The position numbers and the translations under genes are program-made. From IMG/VR virus record IMGVR_UViG_3300047564_002075: a DNA stretch of 64,000 bases; one strand, 5' to 3'. Position 1 is the first letter of the stretch. The number at the start of each line of letters is the position of its first letter. The notes under the pieces are model-generated. The model was given only the letters and a program-made list of their open reading frames with translations, was not told the origin of the DNA and did no database searches. Of this stretch, positions 8,377 to 16,816 are shown one piece after another. The DNA comes from an uncultured virus (IMG/VR IMGVR_UViG_3300047564_002075) (taxonomy: Duplodnaviria; Heunggongvirae; Uroviricota; Caudoviricetes).

Positions 8377-8714
8377 TTGAAGTTTTCTGATTCTTGAGAT
8401 TGATACTCTGTCCACATAGCATTATGTATCTCCATCAACCCATCAATCCAGAAACCTTCAGGATAGATTCCTAGATCATTCATCAGTCCACGATGACTGG
8501 TTCCTTCCTTTTCTGACTTGTTAATGATATGACAAAGTGCTTCTACACATTTGTACTTATCCTGTGGTGATAACATATGATACCATCCCACCGATTGTTC
8601 AATAGAACGTTGATGTGCTTCTTGCATTTTAGAAAATGTTTCAGAGTTATACCACTCTGTTAATGCTTGTCCAAATGTATTCTTTTTATTGTCCGAATGG
8701 TCCCCAGCTTCCAC
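8373..8714 (-). CDS. hypothetical protein
   Basis: ORF with a probable GTG start; start uncertain. Confidence 0.6.
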   Translation of the reverse strand: MEAGDHSDNKKNTFGQALTEWYNSETFSKMQEAHQRSIEQSVGWYHMLSPQDKYKCVEALCHIINKSEKEGTSHRGLMNDLGIYPEGFWIDGLMEIHNAMWTEYQSQESENFK

Positions 8715-8907
8715 GGTCACCCTCCATACGTTGTTCAAGTTTATCTATGAGAGCATCGGCACTGATAAGATTATCAATTTGCATAATCATATCAGCAATG
8801 TGTTTGCCGATGAATGGTTTTTCTTGTCGTGCAGCATATGCAAGAGCATTTCGTAGTGCTGCTTCAGCCTCTTTGAGACTAGTTTCTACTGATTCAGATA
8901 GTGCCAT
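8686..8907 (-). CDS. hypothetical cyanophage protein
   Basis: MALSESVETSLKEAEAALRNALAYAARQE. Confidence 0.75.
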   Translation of the reverse strand: MALSESVETSLKEAEAALRNALAYAARQEKPFIGKHIADMIMQIDNLISADALIDKLEQRMEGDRGSWGPFGQ

Positions 8908-9370
8908 TAGTTACTTTACGAAGTTCATACGATCCATCACCGCGATCAATCCATTCTACTTGATCACCTTCCTGCAGATTTGCAGCTTCCAGAAGATCTT
9001 CTGGGAATGAAATGAGATACTCATCAGAACCAGCAAACTGTTCAACAGGGAGAATCCACTTTACCACACGATCAGTATTAGGTGGTTCTGGATTCTTGAG
9101 TTTTTGCAATTCTTCATTTGCTTGATCAAGTTCTCTACCCGCTTGGATAGCTACCGACCATGCATCTTGAAACTTTTTATCGTATTCATCAATATAATAA
9201 TTTAGAAAACGATAAGTAGCAGACAACAAATGATCTACATCAGATCTACCAGGATAACTGTCATTAAATGTATCCATGCATGATCCAATGAGAACTTTAA
9301 GTTCATCTAATCCACTCTCACACATGGAGAGTTCATTCATTGCATTGTAGACATCAGTGTAGGTCTTCAT
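8894..9370 (-). CDS. protein with C-terminal AbrB/MazE-like DNA-binding domain
   Basis: C-terminus ISFPEDLLEAANLQEGDQVEW matches the AbrB/SpoVT swapped-hairpin pattern. Confidence 0.65.
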   Translation of the reverse strand: MKTYTDVYNAMNELSMCESGLDELKVLIGSCMDTFNDSYPGRSDVDHLLSATYRFLNYYIDEYDKKFQDAWSVAIQAGRELDQANEELQKLKNPEPPNTDRVVKWILPVEQFAGSDEYLISFPEDLLEAANLQEGDQVEWIDRGDGSYELRKVTNGTI

Positions 9371-9533
9371 TGTCTTCCTGATCAAGTCGGCGTTTGATTG
9401 CATCCATTATCATATCAGAGAGCTCTTCCTCTGTCAAGCCATTCAGGAATGACCATCTTGGATCTTCTGGATCCCATTCCAGATTGATCTCACCAGTTTC
9501 TTCATTTACATTAACTTTGAGTCCATCATCCAT
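9354..9533 (-). CDS. small acidic protein
   Basis: Manually read MDDGLKVNVNEETGEINLEWDPEDPRW... Confidence 0.6.
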   Translation of the reverse strand: MDDGLKVNVNEETGEINLEWDPEDPRWSFLNGLTEEELSDMIMDAIKRRLDQEDNEDLH

Positions 9534-9573
9534 AACTAGTCATCTCTTTATAAAGTTTGTGATATTTAAACAA

Positions 9574-9615
9574 AAGATCTTCAATGACACGTACTTGACT
9601 ATCATTGAAGATCTT
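9574..9615 (-). terminator. 14-bp inverted repeat, probable terminator
   Basis: AAGATCTTCAATGA...TCATTGAAGATCTT, followed by TTGTTT on the minus strand. Confidence 0.55.
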
Positions 9616-9670
9616 AAGTTGTATTAGTGTGTCTTCTAGTGAATTGATTACTTTTAAAACCCGTAAATGA

Positions 9671-9904
9671 TCATGCATCACCAAGATTGAAATTTCTCAA
9701 CCCAATATACTTGGGATCGTTCATGATGTCAAGTCTGTTTTGAAGCTCATACAATTCATTGGTAGTACCAACGTTCTCTTCTTCTAACTGCTCAATCCTA
9801 TGTTCAAATTCATACAGAGTACCATCTATTTCATCTATTTTCTGCATGATTTGATATAATAGTTCTTCCATTCTAGTAGTTGGTTGGTTGAAAATGTTGA
9901 ACAT
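9671..9904 (-). CDS. coiled-coil hypothetical protein
   Basis: AAGGAG SD before MFNIF. Confidence 0.7.
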   Translation of the reverse strand: MFNIFNQPTTRMEELLYQIMQKIDEIDGTLYEFEHRIEQLEEENVGTTNELYELQNRLDIMNDPKYIGLRNFNLGDA

Positions 9905-10037
9905 AGTCTCCTTTCCCCTCAAGAGATTTTACCATGAGTTCTGTAAATCTTTCCATCCGATCATAGTGAACAGATGCAGGATTGTAATTGATTGCATCTT
10001 TTAGGGCCGTAAGTTCGTCCCATTCTTCTTGTGTCAT
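9873..10037 (-). CDS. small hypothetical protein
   Basis: Manually read MTQEEWDELTALKDAINYNPASVHYDRMERFTELMVKSLEGKGD... Confidence 0.65.
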   Translation of the reverse strand: MTQEEWDELTALKDAINYNPASVHYDRMERFTELMVKSLEGKGDYVQHFQPTNY

Positions 10038-10123
10038 GATGGCGTTTCAGAGTACCATAGTAATTTATCAGGAAATCCTGACAAAATGAAGTTTCTTAAC
10101 TATAATTTTATGTTGTTGTGATA

Positions 10124-10294
10124 TTACTTAATGATACCCATCATCTTTAAGTATCTACGGTAGGCATTAAATCTACCTACCGATGGTTGACCTGGAGCGT
10201 CCAATTGTTTGCAGATTTCGCAATACATGAGAAACTCATACCATGGTGTAGTTGGATCTAACACATGGTATGGATAATCATCAGAGTTTTCCAC
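10124..10294 (-). CDS. small hypothetical protein
   Basis: GTG start, ...YPYHVLDPTTPWYEFLMYCEIC... Confidence 0.6.
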   Translation of the reverse strand: MENSDDYPYHVLDPTTPWYEFLMYCEICKQLDAPGQPSVGRFNAYRRYLKMMGIIK

Positions 10295-10523
10295 CTACAG
10301 TTCCCTCATGTTTCTTGACATCCGTATCATCCCAACCATCTTGCAATCCTTTCAGATAGAATCTAGTTGCACTGATACATCCATCTTTATCTAGTGCATA
10401 AATGAGACCACGACCATCTTTATGGAAACTTTTCCATGCACCATAGCGTGTCTCTTCTACACGAAAAGCATCATCGTACCATTCGTGTTCCGCAATCTCA
10501 GGATGCTCGTTTTGGTGGCTCAT
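10281..10523 (-). CDS. hypothetical protein
   Basis: 80-aa ORF ending GTVGGKL. Confidence 0.75.
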   Translation of the reverse strand: MSHQNEHPEIAEHEWYDDAFRVEETRYGAWKSFHKDGRGLIYALDKDGCISATRFYLKGLQDGWDDTDVKKHEGTVGGKL

Positions 10524-10843
10524 TCAAATTCCCCAGTGCGATTTTTGACTGTTCCTGAGCGATAAACGCCCTCAATTCTGGTGTCTCTGTCCATTCCCAG
10601 ATTGTGCCGTCCTTCTGTGTACAGGACTTCTGAATTGTTTGGAGTTTCATAAATTTCTACCTCAACATTAATTTCTCGGTCATTCCAGTGTCGGATCACA
10701 CCAGCTACAATAAAGCAGTTGGTTACAAGATATGTAGTGAAGATTATCGTCCTAAGTATTGCTACTTGATCGGCGACGTGATCCTTTTTGTGTGCTTTTT
10801 CTCCGAGTGCTTTTGCCCACAGGCGCCACAGTGACTGTATCAT
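10520..10843 (-). CDS. membrane protein
   Basis: LWRLWAKALGEKA...NCFIVAGVIRHW with one TM segment. Confidence 0.7.
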   Translation of the reverse strand: MIQSLWRLWAKALGEKAHKKDHVADQVAILRTIIFTTYLVTNCFIVAGVIRHWNDREINVEVEIYETPNNSEVLYTEGRHNLGMDRDTRIEGVYRSGTVKNRTGEFE

Positions 10844-11096
10844 CAAAGAATTGTTCCAACGAAGAGAATAATTGTTTAGTTTGTTTCTTAGGTTTTGGTT
10901 TAGATGCAGATACTTTCTTAGGTTTCTCAACTGGTTTCAATCGTGGGTCTTCATATTCTACAAGTATATCAGATATCTTCAACTTGTTACGAGTCAAATA
11001 CTTGTCTAAGTGATCATGACACTGAAACCAACAAGTCTTTTTATCATTTCTATCCATATGTTCAATACGAATAGGAAATCCAGGATAGAATCTCAT
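10752..11096 (-). CDS. hypothetical protein
   Basis: FPIRIEH...KTCWFQCHDHLDKY. Confidence 0.65.
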   Translation of the reverse strand: MRFYPGFPIRIEHMDRNDKKTCWFQCHDHLDKYLTRNKLKISDILVEYEDPRLKPVEKPKKVSASKPKPKKQTKQLFSSLEQFFDDTVTVAPVGKSTRRKSTQKGSRRRSSSNT

Positions 11097-11296
11097 TCTA
11101 CTACCTCAAAGCATACTGAATTAAATTTACCCTTGACACCACGAAGTTCTACTTTCGTATGTTGAGAATGTACATACACATGTTCAACATAGTATTTGTC
11201 CCCTACAATAAGGATACCTGTTGGATCATCATTAGATCCCCAGTTTATTTGTTCCCTGGAGCACCCCAGGAATCTAACGTTGTCTCCTGCTCTCAT
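11093..11296 (-). CDS. hypothetical protein
   Basis: 67-aa coupled ORF. Confidence 0.7.
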   Translation of the reverse strand: MRAGDNVRFLGCSREQINWGSNDDPTGILIVGDKYYVEHVYVHSQHTKVELRGVKGKFNSVCFEVVE

Positions 11297-11493
11297 TTTC
11301 TTTCAAAGGTAGAGTTACAATCTGGACATCTATATGCAAATGTGCGATCTGCATCACGATCATACAGTGCAATCACGCGACTATAATAATATGGAGGAGA
11401 ATAGTTTTCATGATACTCTTTAGGAATTGGTTTGTCCCTCCACTCTGCATTGCAGTTGGGGCAATAACGAGTCTTAGAGTTTACTTCAATCAT
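11293..11493 (-). CDS. zinc-ribbon protein
   Basis: CPNC...CPDC. Confidence 0.7.
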   Translation of the reverse strand: MIEVNSKTRYCPNCNAEWRDKPIPKEYHENYSPPYYYSRVIALYDRDADRTFAYRCPDCNSTFERK

Positions 11494-11737
11494 TTTTCTT
11501 GACAGTAACGAGACCACCGAATGCAATACGAATAGCAATCAAAATACCCCAGTATTGCCACACAGAGAGAACTGTGTAGTTAAAGAGATTGACTGCAATC
11601 CAATGAACAACCCATGCAGGAATCAACATGAGTGCTGCACCCAAAAGGAATGCAACTCCTAGAAGTGCAACTACACCAAGACCAGTACCAATAAGTTCTG
11701 TCCAAGTGTATTCTTTTTTGAAGCGTGATCGTGTCAT
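11486..11737 (-). CDS. membrane protein
   Basis: Hydrophobic helices. Confidence 0.7.
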   Translation of the reverse strand: MTRSRFKKEYTWTELIGTGLGVVALLGVAFLLGAALMLIPAWVVHWIAVNLFNYTVLSVWQYWGILIAIRIAFGGLVTVKKND

Positions 11738-11758
11738 GATTTGTTTGTTGATATGGTT

Positions 11759-11816
11759 ACTATAACACGCTCTGAGAGCCGTGTCAAATCGTCTGTGACA
11801 GTTCCCTGACTGTCTC
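11759..11816 (-). promoter_or_regulatory. early promoter with upstream palindrome
   Basis: TTGACA(11787-11782)-N17-TATAGT; GTGACA-N10-TGTCTC at 11795-11816. Confidence 0.8.
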
Positions 11817-11913
11817 CAAGGATAATTGACGTTCTAGTTCAATTTTAAGACCTATTAATTTAGAGTTTAGAAAAGGTTCCCAATCGTTTCCCTCTAGTAA
11901 ACTAGTTAAATTG

Positions 11914-12177
11914 TCAATCTGTTGGAGTGCCAGAATCAGTTTTGTTTTGTTGTTCATATTCTTTGATCATTTTTTCATACTTCCTCATCATCAACCACTG
12001 TGATAGTTTATTGGTAGTGACTATAGGATGAAATCGGATCTTCCAATAGAATCTCTCAACATTTAGTTTGATGATTCTAGGAATGAGCAGAATAAAGTCT
12101 GCAACATTTTGATCCACGATCATCATATATGCCACTATACTAAACACAGCAAGTATAGTGAGGTAGTATGTATTCAT
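11914..12177 (-). CDS. membrane protein
   Basis: N-terminal TM helix. Confidence 0.7.
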   Translation of the reverse strand: MNTYYLTILAVFSIVAYMMIVDQNVADFILLIPRIIKLNVERFYWKIRFHPIVTTNKLSQWLMMRKYEKMIKEYEQQNKTDSGTPTD

Positions 12178-12464
12178 TTTATTGATAACAGATAGTTTAT
12201 AAGTAAGTTCTTGATATCTTCCAACTCTTTCTCACAATGCAATTCTTTTGCATTCATTCTGATCTCTGGGTGTATGGTGTGCAAGTCTTCAAGCATCAAA
12301 TTGAATGCTTCTTTCTGTGCCGTTGTCATACTTACACTCCTTTGGCGAATGACTTTTAACTTGAAGAATCAATTCCTGTTTAGTTAATGCAGGAACTATT
12401 GCATGACTATGTATTCTATTGATGATGAGTTGTGACTGAAGACAAGTCAAGACAATGATTTCCA

Positions 12465-12791
12465 TTAGTCTCGTTGTCTCCAGTCATCTGGTTTATCTCT
12501 TCCTTCACTGAAGAAATCAACAATATCATCTACAGAGTCAAATCTCTTCACACCAAAGCGTTCACTTCCAGTACCACCAATATCAAGTTGATTTAAAAAA
12601 TCATCTAAATCTCCTTCCTGCATCTCAGGGTTTTCAGCTTTCCTTCTTGCCTGTCTCAACATCGTTCCGGCAGTTCTGTTTACTTTTGCAAGTTTCTCTG
12701 CCCAGATCATGTCAGACAACTCTACAGATTCCCCAAGAACAATCTTGTTACAAATTGATTCAAGGCGAAGACGATATTGTGTAGAAAGCAT
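12465..12791 (-). CDS. conserved cyanophage hypothetical protein
   Basis: MLSTQYRLRLE...WRQRD; AATAAATA late-type promoter at 12810-12817. Confidence 0.8.
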   Translation of the reverse strand: MLSTQYRLRLESICNKIVLGESVELSDMIWAEKLAKVNRTAGTMLRQARRKAENPEMQEGDLDDFLNQLDIGGTGSERFGVKRFDSVDDIVDFFSEGRDKPDDWRQRD

Positions 12792-12808
12792 GGTATTCTC
12801 CAGTTGTA

Positions 12809-12967
12809 TTATTTATTTGAGGACTTAGTTTTCCTCATGTCTATGTTACAGGGGTTACAGTAGTAAGAGTAACCAGTTTTAAATGCTTTTACAACCTGAA
12901 AGTTGTCTGAGTTTAGTTCTTTAGTTTCTTTGCAGTTTGGACAAGTTCTAGTCTTCGGACTCATCAT
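12809..12967 (-). CDS. small Zn-finger protein
   Basis: CPNC...CNPC. Confidence 0.6.
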   Translation of the reverse strand: MMSPKTRTCPNCKETKELNSDNFQVVKAFKTGYSYYCNPCNIDMRKTKSSNK

Positions 12968-13142
12968 CCCAGTGCTTTCGTTCTTTCTTACGGAGTTTCT
13001 TAAGTTCTCGGTAAAGTTCCTTGATTTGCTGATAAGCCTCTTCTGGAGAGATTTTATCCGACACTTCAAGTCCTGCAATGAGGGCGACTTTATCACCAAA
13101 ACGAGCGAGTGCTCGTTCAAATTCTGTGAGGGTTTCATACAT
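12948..13142 (-). CDS. hypothetical protein
   Basis: FERALARFGDKV...EEAYQQIKEL. Confidence 0.75.
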   Translation of the reverse strand: MYETLTEFERALARFGDKVALIAGLEVSDKISPEEAYQQIKELYRELKKLRKKERKHWDDESED

Positions 13143-13171
13143 GACGGGCGATGAATATGTTATTGCCGTAT

Positions 13172-13210
13172 ATAGTAAAACAGACCCCCTGAGTTGTCAA
13201 GGAGTCTGTT
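13172..13210 (-). promoter_or_regulatory. stem-loop sigma70 promoter
   Basis: TTGACA(13200-13195)-N17-TACTAT; IR AACAGACCCC/GGAGTCTGTT. Confidence 0.8.
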
Positions 13211-13292
13211 ACTGAAGTTAAGTTTTAATTTCAAATACCAATAAATGAAGAACCTTCATGCGAAGGTGGGATTAATTAATCCACGCGCAGGC

Positions 13293-13481
13293 TCAACTCC
13301 AGTCATCATAATCAAAATCGGGAGAATAGTTTCGCCTCCACCTCTGTTTACCAGAGATCTTGTACCCACTAATTTGTTCATCAATTTCATCATCAAAATT
13401 AATTGCACTGAGTCGTTGTTCTTCTCGGAATGCAGAACCTTTGGTTTTGCTCTGAGAATACTTGCGTTGAGTACGTGCCAT
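13293..13481 (-). CDS. small hypothetical protein
   Basis: GGAGGA SD before MARTQRK. Confidence 0.65.
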   Translation of the reverse strand: MARTQRKYSQSKTKGSAFREEQRLSAINFDDEIDEQISGYKISGKQRWRRNYSPDFDYDDWS

Positions 13482-13506
13482 TAAATTAAATTCCTCCTTG
13501 TTTGAT

Positions 13507-13662
13507 TTAGAAATATTCGGAAGCGTGTTCGTAGTCGGGTTGATCATCATAGAAATCATAATCAACCTCTCTACGATTGGTTTCTAGACGACGGTAAATG
13601 TTGTCTAGATTAATCTCATCACGAATTTCATCAATGATTGAACGATTAACTGGAGAGATCAT
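13507..13662 (-). CDS. small hypothetical protein
   Basis: Manually read MISPVNRSIIDEIRDE..., GAGG SD. Confidence 0.6.
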   Translation of the reverse strand: MISPVNRSIIDEIRDEINLDNIYRRLETNRREVDYDFYDDQPDYEHASEYF

Positions 13663-13686
13663 CGGATTCCTCAGATGTACCTGGCT

Positions 13687-13743
13687 ATAATATAGGCAAG
13701 TTCTGAGTTTGTCAAGGGGTTTGGTGATAAGTGATACTTATCA
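13687..13743 (-). promoter_or_regulatory. sigma70 promoter with upstream TGATAA-N7-TTATCA
   Basis: TTGACA(13715-13710)-N17-TATTAT; palindrome at 13725-13743. Confidence 0.8.
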
Positions 13744-14008
13744 TTCCAACATGTCTAGATGACTTCTCAAATCAGTATCAGCAATGTGCATGATTGCAAT
13801 GATATTATTCAACATTTGAGATTGTTTGGCAACTAATTCTTTCAGAGATTCAACTTCTGTGATTAGTTCATCAATTGTCCTATCCATTCTACTATCTCCT
13901 CGCAAATTGACATAGCATCTTCATATCTACCATCCTGAATGAGTAACTCAATACGGTCGCCTCTTTCACGAACTATTGATTGAATGTAGTCCACAGAAGT
14001 TTCCATGA

Positions 14009-14278
14009 TTAGATGTCCTTACCCCATTTTCCAATAGGGCACTGAGCTTGCTTTAGTCTGGTTTTAGCAGTCATAAAGCATCCACACTTTTTACACTGAC
14101 TTGTTCCTTGTACATAGAATGGACAAGAATTACAAATCTGCATTCGGTTATTAGTTACCGCAGATTCACAGAAAATTGGCTTTCCTTTTGCCATATCACC
14201 GATAGAGTCTGTCACTGTTTCAGACAGACCCTTCAGTTTTTGTAGAATCTCTTGTTTTACTTTTTCTGGGTTACTCAT
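14009..14278 (-). CDS. Cys-rich small protein (DUF6171-like)
   Basis: RMQICNSCP...CKKCGCF...KTRL...CPIGKW. Confidence 0.75.
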   Translation of the reverse strand: MSNPEKVKQEILQKLKGLSETVTDSIGDMAKGKPIFCESAVTNNRMQICNSCPFYVQGTSQCKKCGCFMTAKTRLKQAQCPIGKWGKDI

Positions 14279-14553
14279 GTCTTTTTAGATGGATCTGAGA
14301 TCTCTTCACTGATATTCAAGATGTGATGATGAGCATAGATTCTTACACCACCAGAACATGGCGTGAAAGAAATACTATAGTACCCAACCTTCTCATCATG
14401 AATAGGAATTGGTGCATCTGAAAGAGACATTGAGAGAAGATGATCTCTTTCATCATCAGAGATCTCAATCTCTTCCTTTAATTGTTTCTTGATTGCTTCT
14501 TTGTTTTTGACTTTTAACCAGGAATCAAATTTCTCTTCCTGTTCTTCATTCAT
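14275..14553 (-). CDS. hypothetical protein
   Basis: ORF with YSISFTP motif. Confidence 0.65.
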   Translation of the reverse strand: MNEEQEEKFDSWLKVKNKEAIKKQLKEEIEISDDERDHLLSMSLSDAPIPIHDEKVGYYSISFTPCSGGVRIYAHHHILNISEEISDPSKKT

Positions 14554-14569
14554 GAAAAATGGTAACATA

Positions 14570-14770
14570 TCAGCTCAGGGCAACTTCAACGGGATCTACA
14601 GATTCTGTAGTTTCTTCTTTTGTTCCAAGGAGTTCTAGACCTTCAAGAGCACCTTGGAGTTTAATGTAAAGTTCTTTCTTTTGAGTAAGTTCTGCATCAA
14701 GCTTTTTAATTTCTTCAATGATTTGGGCTTGTTGCGTCTTAAAATTTTCTGCGAGTTGTTCAGGAGTCAT
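14570..14770 (-). CDS. coiled-coil small protein
   Basis: KLQGALEGLELL. Confidence 0.75.
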   Translation of the reverse strand: MTPEQLAENFKTQQAQIIEEIKKLDAELTQKKELYIKLQGALEGLELLGTKEETTESVDPVEVALS

Positions 14771-14797
14771 TTGAGATACAAAGAATTCTAAAGTGGT

Positions 14798-14860
14798 ATC
14801 GTAAATTATTTAGTGTGATTTGTCAAGGGCCTTGACAGGGTTAACCGAACTCAGTAGAAT
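14798..14860. promoter_or_regulatory. back-to-back sigma70 promoters sharing a palindromic -35 region
   Basis: TGTCAAG-GGC-CTTGACA at 14821-14837; plus strand TTGACA-N17-TAGAAT; minus strand TTGACA-N17-TACGAT. Confidence 0.6.
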
Positions 14861-15120
14861 TACTCTGTCAGGGGTTCAGAGATACTATTAAGACTATTTT
14901 GATAAGCTTCAATTACTTCTGGAGTCCAAGTTGCTTCTGCGATTGCAACAACTCTTGGATCTTCATTGGTTAAGTCATCACCAGGAGAAAGTACATGTCT
15001 ATGATATGTTGCAGCAATCTCTGCACCGTCTTTGAGAACTTGGTCTCTTCTTCTTACTTGAATAGATCCGTTGAGTAGAACTTCAACTTTATCTACTACT
15101 GATTGTTCTTCTAGCGACAT
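14860..15120 (-). CDS. tail-fibre-associated small protein
   Basis: VDKVEV...IQVR...YHRHVLSPG...VVAIAEATWT; follows a fibre gene. Confidence 0.75.
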   Translation of the reverse strand: MSLEEQSVVDKVEVLLNGSIQVRRRDQVLKDGAEIAATYHRHVLSPGDDLTNEDPRVVAIAEATWTPEVIEAYQNSLNSISEPLTE

Positions 15121-15164
15121 TGGGGATATTCTCCAAATAAATACATTTCAATCCTGTTTATTTA

Positions 15165-16814
15165 TTATGTAAAATATGAAATCGTCATAATTAATTCTTG
15201 ACCATTAGCAATAGAAACCCAATTAGCATTTGTTCTTCTTGCTGCGGATCCACTCACTATATGAAAAAATATGTATGGTGATCCAGTTTCAACTAAAGGT
15301 CTCCAATCGTTTACATTTGCAGTCAAAGAATATCCAATAGATCCAGTTGAATATGTAGATCCTCCCAGTTGAGAATATGGAAGTCCACCAATAGCAAATA
15401 ACGAAGAGTTATTTGTTGGAACAACTGATGAGATAAAACAATATACATGAACTATATTGCCAATTTTAACATATCTTGCTTGATTAGTTATTAAAGTTCC
15501 CCCATTTGGTAAAGTGGGAGTCCAAGTACCTTGTTCGTAATCATCTAGAAGTTCTGAAGTCATTGTCCCAGAACTATTAGAAGTTGCAGAAAAATCTATA
15601 CCAGTCCCAGATGTTGCAAATACTATATTGCCGTTTGATATATTGACATTTCCAGATGAAGTTATTCTGACTTTTTCTGAATATGTGCTAGAATTTAATC
15701 TGGTATCAAAAGAAATTTCACCTTCATTAGTTGTATAATTTTTATGTACAAAATTTATTCCAGCGCACGCTTGAGAAGAATTGTTTCCTGCAAAAATAGT
15801 TGCAGAGTTATTTGCAGTTTGATTGGCATTTCTTAACCATAATACCCCGGCATTTCCAGAACCAGCTCCGGCCGCTGTGTTTATTTCTATGTGAGTTTTT
15901 ACAAAAGGTATGGTGGTTCCAATTCCAACATCTCCGAGGGAAGTTATTCTAAGTTTTTCTCCATCATTTGTATTCAAAACTAATGGAGTTGCATTTTGAG
16001 TTCCTACAACAAAAGTATTTCTAAATGATGAATTATTTACATTTGTTCCACCGACTCCAACATAACCTATTGCTGTCCCAGATTGCCCGTGTCTCCATGT
16101 TGAAGCGGCATATGTAGTTGCATCTGTAGATGAATTTACAAATAAACTATTATATGCAGTTCCTCCTACATTATCTACAACTAATTTTTCTGCATTTGGA
16201 TACACAGTTGTGTTAATTCCAACTAATCCAGAAGAAGTAATTCTAATTTTTTCTGTTGAATTTGGAGATATAATTATTGGTGTATTACTATTTGTTCGTA
16301 TTATTGTCCCTGGAACGCCAAATGAAGTATCTCCAGCTGCATCGGAATAAATTTGAAAATCAACGCTTCCTGCTTTTACATATAAACTTGCATATGATAA
16401 ATTAGTTGCTGCATTACTTACGGTAATTGATGGATTTCCGCCAGATCCAACATTTCCATATACGTGCAAATTTGTTGCAGGATTTGTTGTGCCAATACCA
16501 ATATTACCAGACGAAATTATAGTTAATCTTGAAGATCCTCCAGTGTATAATCTAAGATCATGATTTGATGTGGATCCAAATGCAACAAAATTATCAACAG
16601 TATCTACACCAAATGTGGATGTAACTGATGCCGATCTGACTCTTATTTCTGGATAAGTTATCCGATATAAATCTAGTGGAGAAGTTGGAGATGATGTGCC
16701 AATTCCAACTCTATTATTTGTATGATCAACAAACAAAGTACCACTATCAAAATTTACATCACCACTTACACTTCCAAGTACTGGTCCTAAAAGTTGTGCT
16801 TTAGTTTGTGACAT
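15165..16814 (-). CDS. tail fibre protein
   Basis: Repeated RITSSGxVGIGT motifs; C-terminal LLDDYEQGTWTP...YVKIGNIV domain. Confidence 0.85.
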   Translation of the reverse strand: MSQTKAQLLGPVLGSVSGDVNFDSGTLFVDHTNNRVGIGTSSPTSPLDLYRITYPEIRVRSASVTSTFGVDTVDNFVAFGSTSNHDLRLYTGGSSRLTIISSGNIGIGTTNPATNLHVYGNVGSGGNPSITVSNAATNLSYASLYVKAGSVDFQIYSDAAGDTSFGVPGTIIRTNSNTPIIISPNSTEKIRITSSGLVGINTTVYPNAEKLVVDNVGGTAYNSLFVNSSTDATTYAASTWRHGQSGTAIGYVGVGGTNVNNSSFRNTFVVGTQNATPLVLNTNDGEKLRITSLGDVGIGTTIPFVKTHIEINTAAGAGSGNAGVLWLRNANQTANNSATIFAGNNSSQACAGINFVHKNYTTNEGEISFDTRLNSSTYSEKVRITSSGNVNISNGNIVFATSGTGIDFSATSNSSGTMTSELLDDYEQGTWTPTLPNGGTLITNQARYVKIGNIVHVYCFISSVVPTNNSSLFAIGGLPYSQLGGSTYSTGSIGYSLTANVNDWRPLVETGSPYIFFHIVSGSAARRTNANWVSIANGQELIMTISYFT

Positions 16815-16816
16815 GT

